DNA of 64,000 nt, from assembly GCA_024401365.1 (NCBI GenBank), contig JAKSLE010000009.1, positions 61,818-125,817 of the forward strand, in the 5' to 3' direction. Below, piece by piece: positions 1 to 9,911 of this stretch (its first letter is position 1; every line of letters begins with the position of its first letter). A program made the translations under genes and the position numbers. The notes beneath the pieces were generated by a model. The model saw only the letters and a program-made list of their open reading frames with translations, was not told the origin of the DNA and did not search any database. This DNA comes from Bacteroidales bacterium (lineage in GTDB: Bacteria; Bacteroidota; Bacteroidia; Bacteroidales; Marinilabiliaceae).

Positions 1-1
1 C

Positions 2-586
2 GACATAGTGCTATTAGGAGGAGATTATCAAGAAGGATGTGAGTATGTGCTACCTATGGTAGAAGCCTGTACGGCGTGGAAAGCGCCGTTAGGCATGGCG
101 GGAGTGATGGGGAACAACGATTATGAGCGCTGTACGGAAGAGATAAGAAGTTGTTTTGAGGCACATGGGGTACGTATCCTTGAGGGAGAAAATATGGCGG
201 TAACTCGAGGCAATTCAGAGATAATTATTGCTGGGGCCAAGAATACATTCAAATCGCGCGAGAGCGAAATATCCCCCACGCTTACGCTATCGGACAGCAG
301 TTATGTTATTTTATTGACGCATACGCCAGACTATGCAGAAGACGTTGATATTTCGAACACAGACCTTGTTTTAGCAGGGCACACTCATGGGGGGCAAGTC
401 ACACTATTTGGTGCCATAGCACCGGTAAATCCCTCGCATTATGGGAGGCGTTTTCTGAGAGGTATCTGTAAGAACAGTAAGGGGGTACCTATGATTGTCA
501 GTACGGGGATAGGGACATCTAGGAGAGCCATACGAATGTTTGCCCCTGCGGAGATAATTGTATTGACGCTGCATATTTGCAAATAA
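2..586 (+). CDS. Metallophosphoesterase (calcineurin-like), N-terminus cut by window edge
   Basis: Frame is open to position 2. GNNDYE and AGHTHGGQ phosphoesterase motifs are present in the track ORF. Confidence 0.75.
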   Translation, partial: DIVLLGGDYQEGCEYVLPMVEACTAWKAPLGMAGVMGNNDYERCTEEIRSCFEAHGVRILEGENMAVTRGNSEIIIAGAKNTFKSRESEISPTLTLSDSSYVILLTHTPDYAEDVDISNTDLVLAGHTHGGQVTLFGAIAPVNPSHYGRRFLRGICKNSKGVPMIVSTGIGTSRRAIRMFAPAEIIVLTLHICK

Positions 587-748
587 ATGCCCCTTTGTCA
601 CTGTTGCGCGCCGTATGCCCCATTAATTTGAAGAGGCGTATAGAAGTTAGTAAATTTACAATGCTTAAATCTAAAAGGATCGTAACCTGCATATTAATTA
701 ACCGCCGTCGGTGTTGATATTCGCGAGTTGGCACCGACAAAATATAAT

Positions 749-790
749 GAGGGCTTCTTGGCTTAGGGAACCAAGAAGCCCTCAGTTTTT
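749..790. terminator. Hairpin terminator between convergent genes
   Basis: Perfect 13-bp stem GAGGGCTTCTTGG / CCAAGAAGCCCTC (749-761 / 771-783), followed by a T-run at 785-790. Confidence 0.6.
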
Positions 791-807
791 ATATATAAGA
801 GATTTAT

Positions 808-2181
808 TTACAAATCTACTTTAGGCATAGAAGCCCAACCCTTTTGGATATCCTCATCTGTAGGGATATAATCGCCCATTTCGCCATCATTGTACTTCTG
901 ATAAGCTACGAGGTCGAAGTATCCTGTACCTGTCAATCCGAAGAGGATCTTCTTCTTTTCGCCGGTCTTCTTGCACTTAAGAGCCTCGTCTATTGCTACG
1001 CGGATTGCGTGTGAGCTCTCAGGAGCTGGGAGCAAGCCCTCGACGCGGGCGAACATTGTAGCAGCCTCGAATACGCTTGTCTGCTCAACAGCTACAGCCT
1101 CCATCATGCCCTGATCGTAAAGTTCTGACAATGTTGGGCACATACCGTGGAAGCGCAAGCCGCCTGCGTGGCTAGCAGAAGGGATGAATCCTGAGCCCAA
1201 AGTATACATCTTAGCCAATGGGCAGATTTTACCTGTATCGCAGAAGTCGTATGCGTATTTGCCGCGAGTAAAGCTAGGACAAGAAGCAGGCTCTACGGCT
1301 ATGATACGGTAATCGTTTTCGCCGCGCAACTTTTCGCGCATAAATGGAGCGATAAGACCGCCGAGGTTAGAACCGCCACCTGCGCAACCGATGATCATAT
1401 CAGGCTTGATGCCGTACTTATCGAGAGCGGCCTTAGCCTCGAGTCCGATAACGCTCTGGTGGAGCAAAACCTGGTTGAGCACTGAGCCCAATACGTATCG
1501 GTATCCCTCGGTAGAAGTTGCCACCTCCACGGCTTCGGATATTGCGCAGCCAAGTGAACCTGTAGTGCCTGGGAACTCTGCCAATATCTTACGGCCTATC
1601 TCTGTGGTATTTGATGGCGAAGGGGTAACTGTAGCGCCGTAAGTTCTCATAACCTCGCGGCGGAATGGCTTCTGTTCGTATGAGCACTTAACCATGTATA
1701 CCTTACAATCGAGGCCGAGGTAAGCTGAAGCCATAGAGAGGGCGGTACCCCACTGGCCTGCGCCGGTTTCGGTTGTGACACCCTTAAGACCCTGTTTTTT
1801 AGCGTAGTAAGCCTGTGCGATAGCAGAATTAAGCTTATGGCTACCAGAAGTATTGTTACCCTCGAACTTATAATAGATCTCTGCTGGTGTATCGAGATAT
1901 TTCTCGAGGCAGTAAGCGCGAACTACTGGTGAAGGGCGGTACATTTTGTAGAAATTGCGGATTTCCTCTGGGATATCTACAAATGCTGTATTTTCGTCCA
2001 ACTCCTGTTCTACAAGTTCCTTGCAGAAGACTACGCTAAGTTCCTCGGCTGTAAGAGGCTTTAAAGTTGCTGGATTTACTAGTGGTGCTGGCTTCTTCTT
2101 CATGTCAGCACGAAGATTATACCATTGGGTAGGAATCTCATCCTCCGACAGGTATATTTTGTAAGGGATCTCCTGACTCAT
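808..2181 (-). CDS. TrpB-like PLP-dependent enzyme (tryptophan synthase beta chain 2 family)
   Basis: 457 aa. N-terminal extension typical of the TrpB2 class, PLP-lysine region GSHKLNSA, and GGGSN glycine loop. Confidence 0.8.
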   Translation of the reverse strand: MSQEIPYKIYLSEDEIPTQWYNLRADMKKKPAPLVNPATLKPLTAEELSVVFCKELVEQELDENTAFVDIPEEIRNFYKMYRPSPVVRAYCLEKYLDTPAEIYYKFEGNNTSGSHKLNSAIAQAYYAKKQGLKGVTTETGAGQWGTALSMASAYLGLDCKVYMVKCSYEQKPFRREVMRTYGATVTPSPSNTTEIGRKILAEFPGTTGSLGCAISEAVEVATSTEGYRYVLGSVLNQVLLHQSVIGLEAKAALDKYGIKPDMIIGCAGGGSNLGGLIAPFMREKLRGENDYRIIAVEPASCPSFTRGKYAYDFCDTGKICPLAKMYTLGSGFIPSASHAGGLRFHGMCPTLSELYDQGMMEAVAVEQTSVFEAATMFARVEGLLPAPESSHAIRVAIDEALKCKKTGEKKKILFGLTGTGYFDLVAYQKYNDGEMGDYIPTDEDIQKGWASMPKVDL

Positions 2182-2343
2182 ATATTGACGATGTTATGTT
2201 ATTAATTCTATTGATGCAAATTTAATATTTATTTGCAATCTCTACAACCGAATTGTAAATGTGGAGTACATAGGTGTTTCAAATTTTATGTAGATTTGCG
2301 GAAAGAAGCATCATTTGTTACATGAAACAATAATTAATAGAAT

Positions 2344-2508
2344 ATGGTTTGTCCACACAATCCCCAAATTGCATGTACCTGTCCTAAGGATTGTCCTAGG
2401 CATGGTCATTGTTGTGCCTGTGTAGCGCATCACAGAGAACATGGTAAGTTGCCCCACTGTTTGAGAGAGAAAGAAACTGCTCCGGCGCAGCAGGCGGATA
2501 AGAAGTGA
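2344..2508 (+). CDS. Small (54 aa) Cys/His-rich protein, probable metal-binding; below the ORF-track cutoff
   Basis: Hand translation: MVCPHNPQIACTCPKDCPRHGHCCACVAHHREHGKLPHCLREKETAPAQQADKK. ATG at 2344, TGA at 2506-2508, ending 4 nt before the next gene. Confidence 0.55.
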   Translation: MVCPHNPQIACTCPKDCPRHGHCCACVAHHREHGKLPHCLREKETAPAQQADKK

Positions 2509-2512
2509 GGGT

Positions 2513-3163
2513 ATGATAGCGATAGTCATAGGTGCCACGGGTGCGACAGGTAAGGATTTGGTACAGATGCTGTTGTCCGATTCGGATTTCAGCGAGGTAA
2601 ATATCTTTGTTCGCAGAGAGGTTGATATTACATCGCCTAAACTTCGTACGCATATTGTAGATTTCAATGAAGTTGACTCATGGAAAGATGAGCTCAAGGG
2701 CGATGTCCTTTTTTCTATGATGGGAACAACCCGAAGTCAGGCTGGAGGCAAGAAGAATCAATGGGTAGTAGACTATGACTATCAGTATAATGTCGCTAAG
2801 GCTGCTGCTGAAAATGGTGTAGAGGCAATAGAGTTGATGTCTTCTATAGGCGCTAACGAGAAGAGCGTGTTTTTCTATTCCAAGATGAAGGGAGAATTAG
2901 AAAAAGCTCTAGCTAAGCTCCGGTTCAAGAAGGTGGTAATCACTAGACCTCCGTCATTAATACGTAAGAATAGTGACAGGGTGGGAGAGAAAGTATCGTT
3001 GTCGGTACTCAAAGTCTTCAACAAGTTAGGTATGCTTAAGAAATTGGCTCCTATGCCGACTGAGCAAGTTGCTCGCGCTATGATAAATACGGCGAAGGAC
3101 AATATATCTGGAATTAGAATTATTGAATCAGACCAGATAAGGGTGTTGTCCTCAGCTATATGA
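2513..3163 (+). CDS. NAD(P)-binding Rossmann-fold protein (NmrA/HTATIP2-like)
   Basis: N-terminal VIGATGATG dinucleotide-binding motif; 216 aa. Confidence 0.65.
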   Translation: MIAIVIGATGATGKDLVQMLLSDSDFSEVNIFVRREVDITSPKLRTHIVDFNEVDSWKDELKGDVLFSMMGTTRSQAGGKKNQWVVDYDYQYNVAKAAAENGVEAIELMSSIGANEKSVFFYSKMKGELEKALAKLRFKKVVITRPPSLIRKNSDRVGEKVSLSVLKVFNKLGMLKKLAPMPTEQVARAMINTAKDNISGIRIIESDQIRVLSSAI

Positions 3164-3213
3164 TTCGGTATATTGACTGTGTTTGGAATTATTGGGTTGA
3201 GAATTATTAAGGC

Positions 3214-4176
3214 ATGAAACTAATTACAATAGAAGATATTAGGGACATTTATATAAAGTTTCAACAAAGGGGACTTGCTTTTTTGCTGAGCAAACTACAT
3301 GTGTCGGCAACAGCTAAAACTAAAAGTAGTTTCAATGACACGACTATTGATGTGTCGTATTGGAACCAACATCCTATGGTGCGCAGGCGATGGAATGAAT
3401 TCATAACGGGAGATAAAGATCTTCGGTATGAAGAGTACCTTTCGCAAAAATATTTTAGGGGCAAACGATTAAAGATTCTTGGTATTGGTTCTGGTGTTTG
3501 CAGCCATGAATTGTTTATCGCTCAGTTGAATCCCAACTGCGAGGTGACGTGTATTGATTTTTCGGACAAACTATTAGGAGAAGCGAAGCAGACAGCTGAA
3601 GAGAAGAAAATTACAAATATAAAGTTCGTAGCTGAGGACATCTATAAAGTTAGTTTGCCGCAAAATTATTATGATGTTGTATTTTTTCATTCATCCTTGC
3701 ATCATTTTGACGATTTATTCTCTTTTTTGCGGATGGTAAAAGAGGTATTGGTTGAAAATGGACTATTGGTAATTAATGAATATGTTGGACCGACGAGGTT
3801 GCAGTACAGCAAAGAGCAGATTGACGCAATAAACAGTGGATTAAAAACATTGCCAGATAGTTATAAAAAGATATACAAATCGAACTTAATAAAAAAGCAC
3901 TATTATGGATCGGGTGTTTTACGTATGTACTTATCAGATCCATCGGAGTGCGTTGACTCAAGTAATATTTTGCCAGCTGCAAGACATTACTTTCGAGCGT
4001 TAGAAGAAAAAAGGATAGGAGGGAATATATTAATGCCACTACTAAAAGATATAGTACACAATTTTTCTAACCCGGAAGGAGATATGCTTCTAGAGCGTTT
4101 ATTTGAGTATGAGGATAAGTATTTAGAGTCGCATGAAAGTGATTTTGTTTTTGGCGTTTATAAGAAATGCCTTTAA
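3214..4176 (+). CDS. Class I SAM-dependent methyltransferase
   Basis: Motif I ILGIGSGVCSHE and the downstream acidic loop CIDFSD. Confidence 0.65.
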   Translation: MKLITIEDIRDIYIKFQQRGLAFLLSKLHVSATAKTKSSFNDTTIDVSYWNQHPMVRRRWNEFITGDKDLRYEEYLSQKYFRGKRLKILGIGSGVCSHELFIAQLNPNCEVTCIDFSDKLLGEAKQTAEEKKITNIKFVAEDIYKVSLPQNYYDVVFFHSSLHHFDDLFSFLRMVKEVLVENGLLVINEYVGPTRLQYSKEQIDAINSGLKTLPDSYKKIYKSNLIKKHYYGSGVLRMYLSDPSECVDSSNILPAARHYFRALEEKRIGGNILMPLLKDIVHNFSNPEGDMLLERLFEYEDKYLESHESDFVFGVYKKCL

Positions 4177-4299
4177 ATATTTATGCGATGATTGATTAAT
4201 CCTCTTCCCCTCGCTTATTTTGGTACATCCGTGCCAAGGGTTCCAGTCGGCGTATATCTTCAGGGAATCAGGTATTTAATATGGATTAACTGCACTGAA

Positions 4300-4716
4300 T
4301 TATTGTTCGATTTCGTAATTATTTGAAGTCCAAGCCAGGTATCCGCCATTGAGGTCGTAGACTTTAAAGCCCAGTTTTTGGGACAAATAGATACCGGCGG
4401 CATTGCTTCGGCGGCCGCTGCGGCAGTAAATGTAGAGGGTTTTGCCGTTAAGTTTTTTAGCGGCTTCGGCGAATTCTGTCTCGTTGCCCCAGGTAACCAG
4501 TATGGCGTTTTTTAGGTGACCTGCCGAAAACTCATCTGGGCGGCGCACGTCGACCAGTACTACGCCCTTGTGGGAGATGCTATCTCGGAATACCTCTGGG
4601 GACAGAACGGTATAAGTCTGCTCGGCATTGGGATTTGACTGTGGGAATTTTTCGTTACAAGACATAGATATCATTGCGACTAATGGGAATATTAAAAATG
4701 CTAGTATGTTGTTCAT
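4300..4716 (-). CDS. Rhodanese-like domain lipoprotein
   Basis: Signal peptide with Cys, plus the active-site loop YCRSGRRS. Confidence 0.75.
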   Translation of the reverse strand: MNNILAFLIFPLVAMISMSCNEKFPQSNPNAEQTYTVLSPEVFRDSISHKGVVLVDVRRPDEFSAGHLKNAILVTWGNETEFAEAAKKLNGKTLYIYCRSGRRSNAAGIYLSQKLGFKVYDLNGGYLAWTSNNYEIEQ

Positions 4717-4756
4717 ATTATTGGGGTATTTTTGTTTGTATTGGATGGAAGTTCCT

Positions 4757-5638
4757 TTATACGATATAATAAGTTCCTGAGATTGTCATTTTGGAAGTGC
4801 CTCCAAACATAACTTTACCCTGCTGTATTTGCAAGTTGACGGCATTGTAGAGCATATTGATATTGCCCTGCTCGATGAGGATGGGTGTACCGGGCCACCA
4901 GTGGAGCCAGTGGGCGTAGTAGCCGAAAGCTGAGTTGGACGAGCCCGTAGCAGGGTCCTCGAGGTAGCCGAACCTTGGGGCGAATACTCGTGTATGAGCA
5001 AACGCTTTAGGTGAAGCCGTTTCTTTGCTGAATATCAGAACATTATCGAAGTCGTGCTCTATAGCAAAACTCTTTAGGTTTTGCTCGTTTGGGAAGATGG
5101 CAATCTCCTCTTCTAGTGTTTTGATAGGTACTATGAGGGTTCGGAGGCCACTTTCTACCATTTGGATAGGCATAGATGTATCTATATCTTCTATCTCTAT
5201 TTCAAGTGCTTTGGCTATTTTATCTATAGTGATATTCATGGTCATCATCTTGCCCTCGGGAGCTGTTATTAGGACAGTATCATCCCTATCGACATTATTG
5301 ATTACATCAAGGCATCCTTTGCGGTTGGTCTCTATTTTTACGACAGGCTTTATTTTGAGCCAAGGTTTATGAGAGATCAGTTGGTGCATGGTTGCTATAG
5401 TGCCATGGCCGCAGAAATCCACCTCGCATTCAGACGAGTAGTATGTAAGTTTGACATCAGCCTTATCCGACTTAGTTACGAAAACAAATTCTGACACGAA
5501 ACCCTTATGCTCCTTAGCGACTGCGAGCATCTCTGCCTCGGTCAGTTGTTCCTCCCCCAGTTCCAAGAATGCGGCGGGGTTACCAAGGGAGCCGTTCCAT
5601 GTGAAGGCGTTGACTTTCGTGTAATTGTAATTTCTCAT
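4757..5638 (-). CDS. PhzF-family isomerase
   Basis: VNAFT...GNPAAF N-terminus and the DPATGS motif. Start moved to the internal ATG (MRNYNY...). Confidence 0.75.
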   Translation of the reverse strand: MRNYNYTKVNAFTWNGSLGNPAAFLELGEEQLTEAEMLAVAKEHKGFVSEFVFVTKSDKADVKLTYYSSECEVDFCGHGTIATMHQLISHKPWLKIKPVVKIETNRKGCLDVINNVDRDDTVLITAPEGKMMTMNITIDKIAKALEIEIEDIDTSMPIQMVESGLRTLIVPIKTLEEEIAIFPNEQNLKSFAIEHDFDNVLIFSKETASPKAFAHTRVFAPRFGYLEDPATGSSNSAFGYYAHWLHWWPGTPILIEQGNINMLYNAVNLQIQQGKVMFGGTSKMTISGTYYIV

Positions 5639-5843
5639 GGTTTTGAATATTGTATTTCTGCAATTATAGCAAATATTCAGCACTTTTCAAATTGCGTGGT
5701 AGGCAGAGAGACGGTAGTGCTTATAAAATTCGCTTATAACAAGTTGCTACTATTTGATTAACCACTTGATATGCAAAGAGTTGATAGTCGGTACTTTCGC
5801 ATCACAGACAATTAGATTATTTACTATTCTAAATCACTGTAAC

Positions 5844-6407
5844 ATGAGAAGTATTGCAAAAATTGAGCTACAGTATGCTCACCGTTTCTATGGCTTCCAA
5901 GGCGAGGCCATGTATCTACATGGTCACACAGGCATTCTTACCATTGAGGTAGAAGACGATGTGACACCCAAGGTCAACATGGTATATCCCTGTAATGAGA
6001 TCAAGAAGATAGCGTGGGATGTGCTACGCAATTTTGACCATGCCCTTGTACTCAGGGAAGATGATCCATTGCTTCCGGCGGTTCTAGATGTGTATGACAA
6101 GCAAGGTATTCGTAAAGGGCACCCGCTTAACACTATGAGAGGAGAAGCCTTTGCTACCCCTTTGGCAACAGCCTACCCCAATTGCCGACTAGTAGTCACG
6201 AAAGAATCCATGACCGTTGAGGGTATGATAAAGATAGTCTATGAGTTGCTCAAAGAGAAGTTGCCCATAGCGAAACTCACCTTTTCGAGTGGAGTCAATA
6301 AAGCCACACAATGCTACGATACCTGTGAGCATTTTGAAAGATGTCCTATATGTGGAGTAGCGCTAGATGAGAGCGGCAGGTGTCCAAAATGTGGGTGGAA
6401 GAAGTAG
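5844..6407 (+). CDS. 6-pyruvoyl-tetrahydropterin/6-carboxytetrahydropterin synthase family protein with C-terminal zinc ribbon
   Basis: AHRF...LHGHTG and FDHALVL motifs. C-terminal CPICG...CPKCG. Start placed at the ATG at 5844. Confidence 0.65.
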   Translation: MRSIAKIELQYAHRFYGFQGEAMYLHGHTGILTIEVEDDVTPKVNMVYPCNEIKKIAWDVLRNFDHALVLREDDPLLPAVLDVYDKQGIRKGHPLNTMRGEAFATPLATAYPNCRLVVTKESMTVEGMIKIVYELLKEKLPIAKLTFSSGVNKATQCYDTCEHFERCPICGVALDESGRCPKCGWKK

Positions 6408-6438
6408 ATTTTCTATTTACATTTCCGCTTACAAAATG

Positions 6439-6482
6439 AGAGCAGATAACATCACGTTACCTGCTCTTTTTCAATCTGTTTC
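6439..6482 (+). terminator. Putative intrinsic terminator
   Basis: 7-bp stem AGAGCAG/CTGCTCT followed by TTTT. Confidence 0.45.
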
Positions 6483-6509
6483 TATTGTTGAATTATGAAG
6501 CTATTTGTG

Positions 6510-6902
6510 TTAAAGACTTATGATGTTTGTTTTCCATAAACCATGGATGTTGCAGTAAGCATAAGCTGCGATTGGTGTACCCAGGTTACTGAATGTAGCG
6601 TACGGCTCCTGCTCAGGTTCGAGGTAACGTATACACCCTCCGCGTTGGGTTTCCAGGTATATAAACTCAATATGGTGATTGGCCAAAGAAGGGTGTAGTT
6701 TTGTTCCGACTGACACCTTGACGTTGTATACGTCAACCCTGATGACTACAGGCAGATGAGATTCGGCCTTATCGGGATCTTCTTTTGTGTGAGGTATTAG
6801 TTCCTCCATCTCCTTTCCGCAACACGAGGGAGAGACACCGCTGTCGACCATCTTCATTATAACATTGCCACATATTGGGCAGAAATAGAATTTTGTTTCC
6901 AT
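6510..6902 (-). CDS. Desulfoferrodoxin (superoxide reductase)
   Basis: N-terminal desulforedoxin-type CPICG...CCG, plus a C-terminal neelaredoxin-like His-rich domain. Confidence 0.8.
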   Translation of the reverse strand: METKFYFCPICGNVIMKMVDSGVSPSCCGKEMEELIPHTKEDPDKAESHLPVVIRVDVYNVKVSVGTKLHPSLANHHIEFIYLETQRGGCIRYLEPEQEPYATFSNLGTPIAAYAYCNIHGLWKTNIISL

Positions 6903-7016
6903 ATCATCATTGTTTTAAGTTGATATGGCAAAGCTATCGCAGAAGGTTGTCATGGGCAATCATCTGTAATTAAATGATGATGCTATTATTATAAGATAAT
7001 CTTATAAGTAGAGTAG

Positions 7017-7922
7017 TTAACTGAACGATAGTAACATTTTAGCTTTAGGTATGGCGATTTCCCTAAACATCTGCAGCAGTTTTTCGGCTGCCAGTTTTCT
7101 ATAGGTATCACCTGCGAAAAAGACATACGACTTGATAGGAGAAGAAAGCTCCTCGATGTCGATAGACTTTAGAAACGGTCGGGATATTATAGACTGCGCT
7201 GTAAGGATAGAAATCATATCAGACTCCTGGAGCAAGTTCAGTATGGCGTTAATATCATTGATAGTTACGGCGACGTCCAGTTTTCCTGTGTTGATGCCTA
7301 CGAAATGTTCAAGGCCATTACGCTCCTTCACGTCACTCTCGGGCAAGACAAGCCTTTGAGCTCTCAGGTCATCAAAAGAGAGTCTATCCCTATTAGCTAG
7401 AGGGTGGCAAGTGCGCATTATAGCGCTCAGTTTATAATCGAGCAGATACTCATAATCGATACCCTCCATATTACCAGACGGCATTACAGAGAAGACCATA
7501 TCAAGTTCGTGAGCGCGTAGCTTCTGCATCAGATTATCTATAGTAGAGTAGCAGACGGAAGTTCTGATATCCCTATAAGCTCTAAGGAATTCGATACCAG
7601 TCTCGCGAATGAAAGACTCATGAGAAGCTGTGAGGCCTATCCGAAGATCTCCGCAATGAAGTCCATTTATGTCATTCATTCGGGCAGTACATTCGTCAAG
7701 AGACTGGATAGCTGCTCTAGCGTATTTCAGCAAATGCTGACCGCTCTCGGTAAGGATTACGTTATGAGTTGTCCTGACAAACAACTGCGTTCCCAGTTCA
7801 TTCTCCAGGGCTTTTATCTGTTGAGACAAAGCGCTTTGAGACAAGAAATGGCGACGTCCAGCCTCTGAGAAACTTAATGTTTCCGCTGTTGTTACGAAAT
7901 ATCTTAACTGCCGTGCTTCCAT
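7017..7922 (-). CDS. LysR-family transcriptional regulator
   Basis: N-terminal HTH MEARQLRYFVTTAETLSFSEAGRRHFLSQSALSQQIKALE. Confidence 0.85.
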   Translation of the reverse strand: MEARQLRYFVTTAETLSFSEAGRRHFLSQSALSQQIKALENELGTQLFVRTTHNVILTESGQHLLKYARAAIQSLDECTARMNDINGLHCGDLRIGLTASHESFIRETGIEFLRAYRDIRTSVCYSTIDNLMQKLRAHELDMVFSVMPSGNMEGIDYEYLLDYKLSAIMRTCHPLANRDRLSFDDLRAQRLVLPESDVKERNGLEHFVGINTGKLDVAVTINDINAILNLLQESDMISILTAQSIISRPFLKSIDIEELSSPIKSYVFFAGDTYRKLAAEKLLQMFREIAIPKAKMLLSFS

Positions 7923-8082
7923 ACTAGAAAGAATTAAGAGGAGTATTATAGTTGATTTAATTATAGTATCTGTCGTACAGAGATATAATACAGTACAAAT
8001 ATATATTCTTTCGCACTAAGTTGATATCTAAAAGAGGGTAGAGAGGTATGGGGAGAGGGGTAAGAATATAGTTTATGTGTAC

Positions 8083-8122
8083 GGGCTATATATAGAGCAT
8101 ACGAGTTGGTCGCAGTTTTTTT
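8083..8122 (+). repeat. Dispersed motif copy A (GGGCTATATATAGAGCATACGAGTTGGTCGCAGTTTTTTT)
   Basis: Near-identical to 9826-9867. The core TTGnTCGCAGTTTTT is shared with three more copies. Confidence 0.7.
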
Positions 8123-8744
8123 AATTTGTCAGCTGTCCTGCCTGCTGTTTTTTTTCTTTATAAGGAAACGTTGCCTCGTATGCCTCGAAGTCATCTTTAT
8201 TTTCAAAAGCTACATAATACCCCTTAGGAGTGTGGTAGGTTCCTTCAATGCCATTGAGGTATCCTGGAATAAGTTCCTGAGCGAGGAAGTATGGAACCTC
8301 CGCCTCTTTTGGTTCGGCATGGTAATGGATATTCAAGGAACTTGCCAATACGAATCCTGCGTGTTTGTAGAAATCGATGTTGCCCTCCATACATATAACG
8401 CCGACGCCCATTTCGCGGGCTTTGCCAAGGGCATATTGTAGAAGTTTCAATCCGTATCCTTTACGCTTGTATTCGGGAAGGATACTAATGGGACCGAAAG
8501 TCCAAGCAGGGAAGACAGAGCCATCCTCCTTTATGATCTCTGCCTTTGAGAACATGACATGACCTATGATTCTACCGTCCTCTTCAAGAACAAAGTCAAG
8601 TTCTTTGATGAAATCAGGATTACTCCTGTATTGATTGAGCACATAATGCTCCACGCACCCTGGAGCATATACATTCCAGAAAGCCTCGCGTGTAAGATTC
8701 TCTACCTCGCGGTAGTCTGAAGGTTGTTCTAATCGTATGACCAT
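8121..8744 (-). CDS. GNAT-family N-acetyltransferase
   Basis: Acetyl-CoA binding segment RKGYGLKLL. Confidence 0.75.
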   Translation of the reverse strand: MVIRLEQPSDYREVENLTREAFWNVYAPGCVEHYVLNQYRSNPDFIKELDFVLEEDGRIIGHVMFSKAEIIKEDGSVFPAWTFGPISILPEYKRKGYGLKLLQYALGKAREMGVGVICMEGNIDFYKHAGFVLASSLNIHYHAEPKEAEVPYFLAQELIPGYLNGIEGTYHTPKGYYVAFENKDDFEAYEATFPYKEKKQQAGQLTN

Positions 8745-8888
8745 TGTATTTAATTATTTTACGGAAATTCCGATCATTACGGTTTCTTCATTGCTATTTA
8801 TGATTTGACCTATTTCACCAAACAAATGCTTTGCAAGAAAATTGACGTGATATGGAGGTGTTATAAATTGATCCATAATATTCATTTA

Positions 8889-9476
8889 TTATGCAAACTT
8901 CCTATTCTTTAGCGTTATAAGTTCTGCGTCTGCGCCATCCTTACCGTATTCGCTTACGAGGATGAACTGTTCGCAGCATGCGATGCCATAGCAACGAGAA
9001 TCATCTTTGATGACCTGATTGCCCCAATATGTAGCGTTATCATCAAGAAGCTTTACCATATTTCCATTAATGTTGTAGGGCTGATTGATGAACGAACCCT
9101 GCAAGACGTAGAGGTTGTCGACATGAAGGTTAGGTAATCCGAGGGCATTCACCTCCTCAATAAAGAGTTTCTTCAGAGGGTGGTTGGCGTGAGGCAGGTT
9201 TGCATCGTCGCCATTCCAGCGCTTAAGAGTAGGGAAGAACTTCAACAATTCCTCTTTATACTCACAAGCAGAGAGTTTTTTGCCAGTATTCTTATTATAT
9301 TCCTCCACGAACATTGAGCAATATTCGGCCATCTGTTCCATAGTGAAGTCGCCCGTGAAGGCTCCATCTTTAAAGCAGTAGATGCAATACTCAGAGTTTT
9401 TTGACCCATCGGCATTAGTGCCGAGTATTTCTTCAGCGAGCGGCATTCCGCAGCTCTGGCAAAATTTCTGTTCCAT
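8889..9476 (-). CDS. Zinc-ribbon domain protein of unknown function
   Basis: N-terminal CQSCGMP...CIYC zinc-ribbon pattern. Confidence 0.55.
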   Translation of the reverse strand: MEQKFCQSCGMPLAEEILGTNADGSKNSEYCIYCFKDGAFTGDFTMEQMAEYCSMFVEEYNKNTGKKLSACEYKEELLKFFPTLKRWNGDDANLPHANHPLKKLFIEEVNALGLPNLHVDNLYVLQGSFINQPYNINGNMVKLLDDNATYWGNQVIKDDSRCYGIACCEQFILVSEYGKDGADAELITLKNRKFA

Positions 9477-9825
9477 ATCTTCTTGTTTGTATTTGATATT
9501 TTATTTGCTCAATCCCAACGATTGCGGGTGCAGAAAACTAATCCCACCAAAACGATGCAAATATTGGTATGCCTGACGATTGGACAGTCTAAAACGCTCA
9601 GAGAATGCCCCCACGCAAAGCACTACGTAATCTATTATGTCCTTATTAGCCTTTGTCATATACAGATGCTATCTACGCAAATATAAATATATTGGCAATA
9701 TACACCAAACAGCATTGTAATTATTTCAGGTTAAGAGGAAGAGAAGAGGGCGATAGGATTTTCGGGCATGAGTCGGGAGGGGAAGAGATAACTGCCGGGT
9801 ATGGGGATAGGTAAGGGATAGGTAA

Positions 9826-9867
9826 GGGCTATATAGAGAGAGCATACGAGTTGCTCGCAGTTTTTTT
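9826..9867 (+). repeat. Dispersed motif copy B (GGGCTATATAGAGAGAGCATACGAGTTGCTCGCAGTTTTTTT)
   Basis: Direct comparison with 8083-8122. Confidence 0.7.
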
Positions 9868-9885
9868 ATTTTGGAGGGATGTTGT

Positions 9886-9893
9886 TATCTTTG
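9886..9893 (+). promoter_or_regulatory. Candidate Bacteroidetes -7 box TATCTTTG
   Basis: Matches TAnnTTTG, 19 nt upstream of the ORF start at 9912. Confidence 0.35.
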
Positions 9894-9911
9894 TAGGCAA
9901 AAAAGAAGAAG

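Noticed and set aside
8083-8122. Reading the GAGCATACGAGTTGCTCGCAGTTTTTTT motif as a simple rho-independent terminator
   Set aside because: The potential GAGCA/TGCTC stem is only 5 bp. It is broken in copy A and absent in copies C-E, while the TCGCAGTTTTT core is what is conserved.
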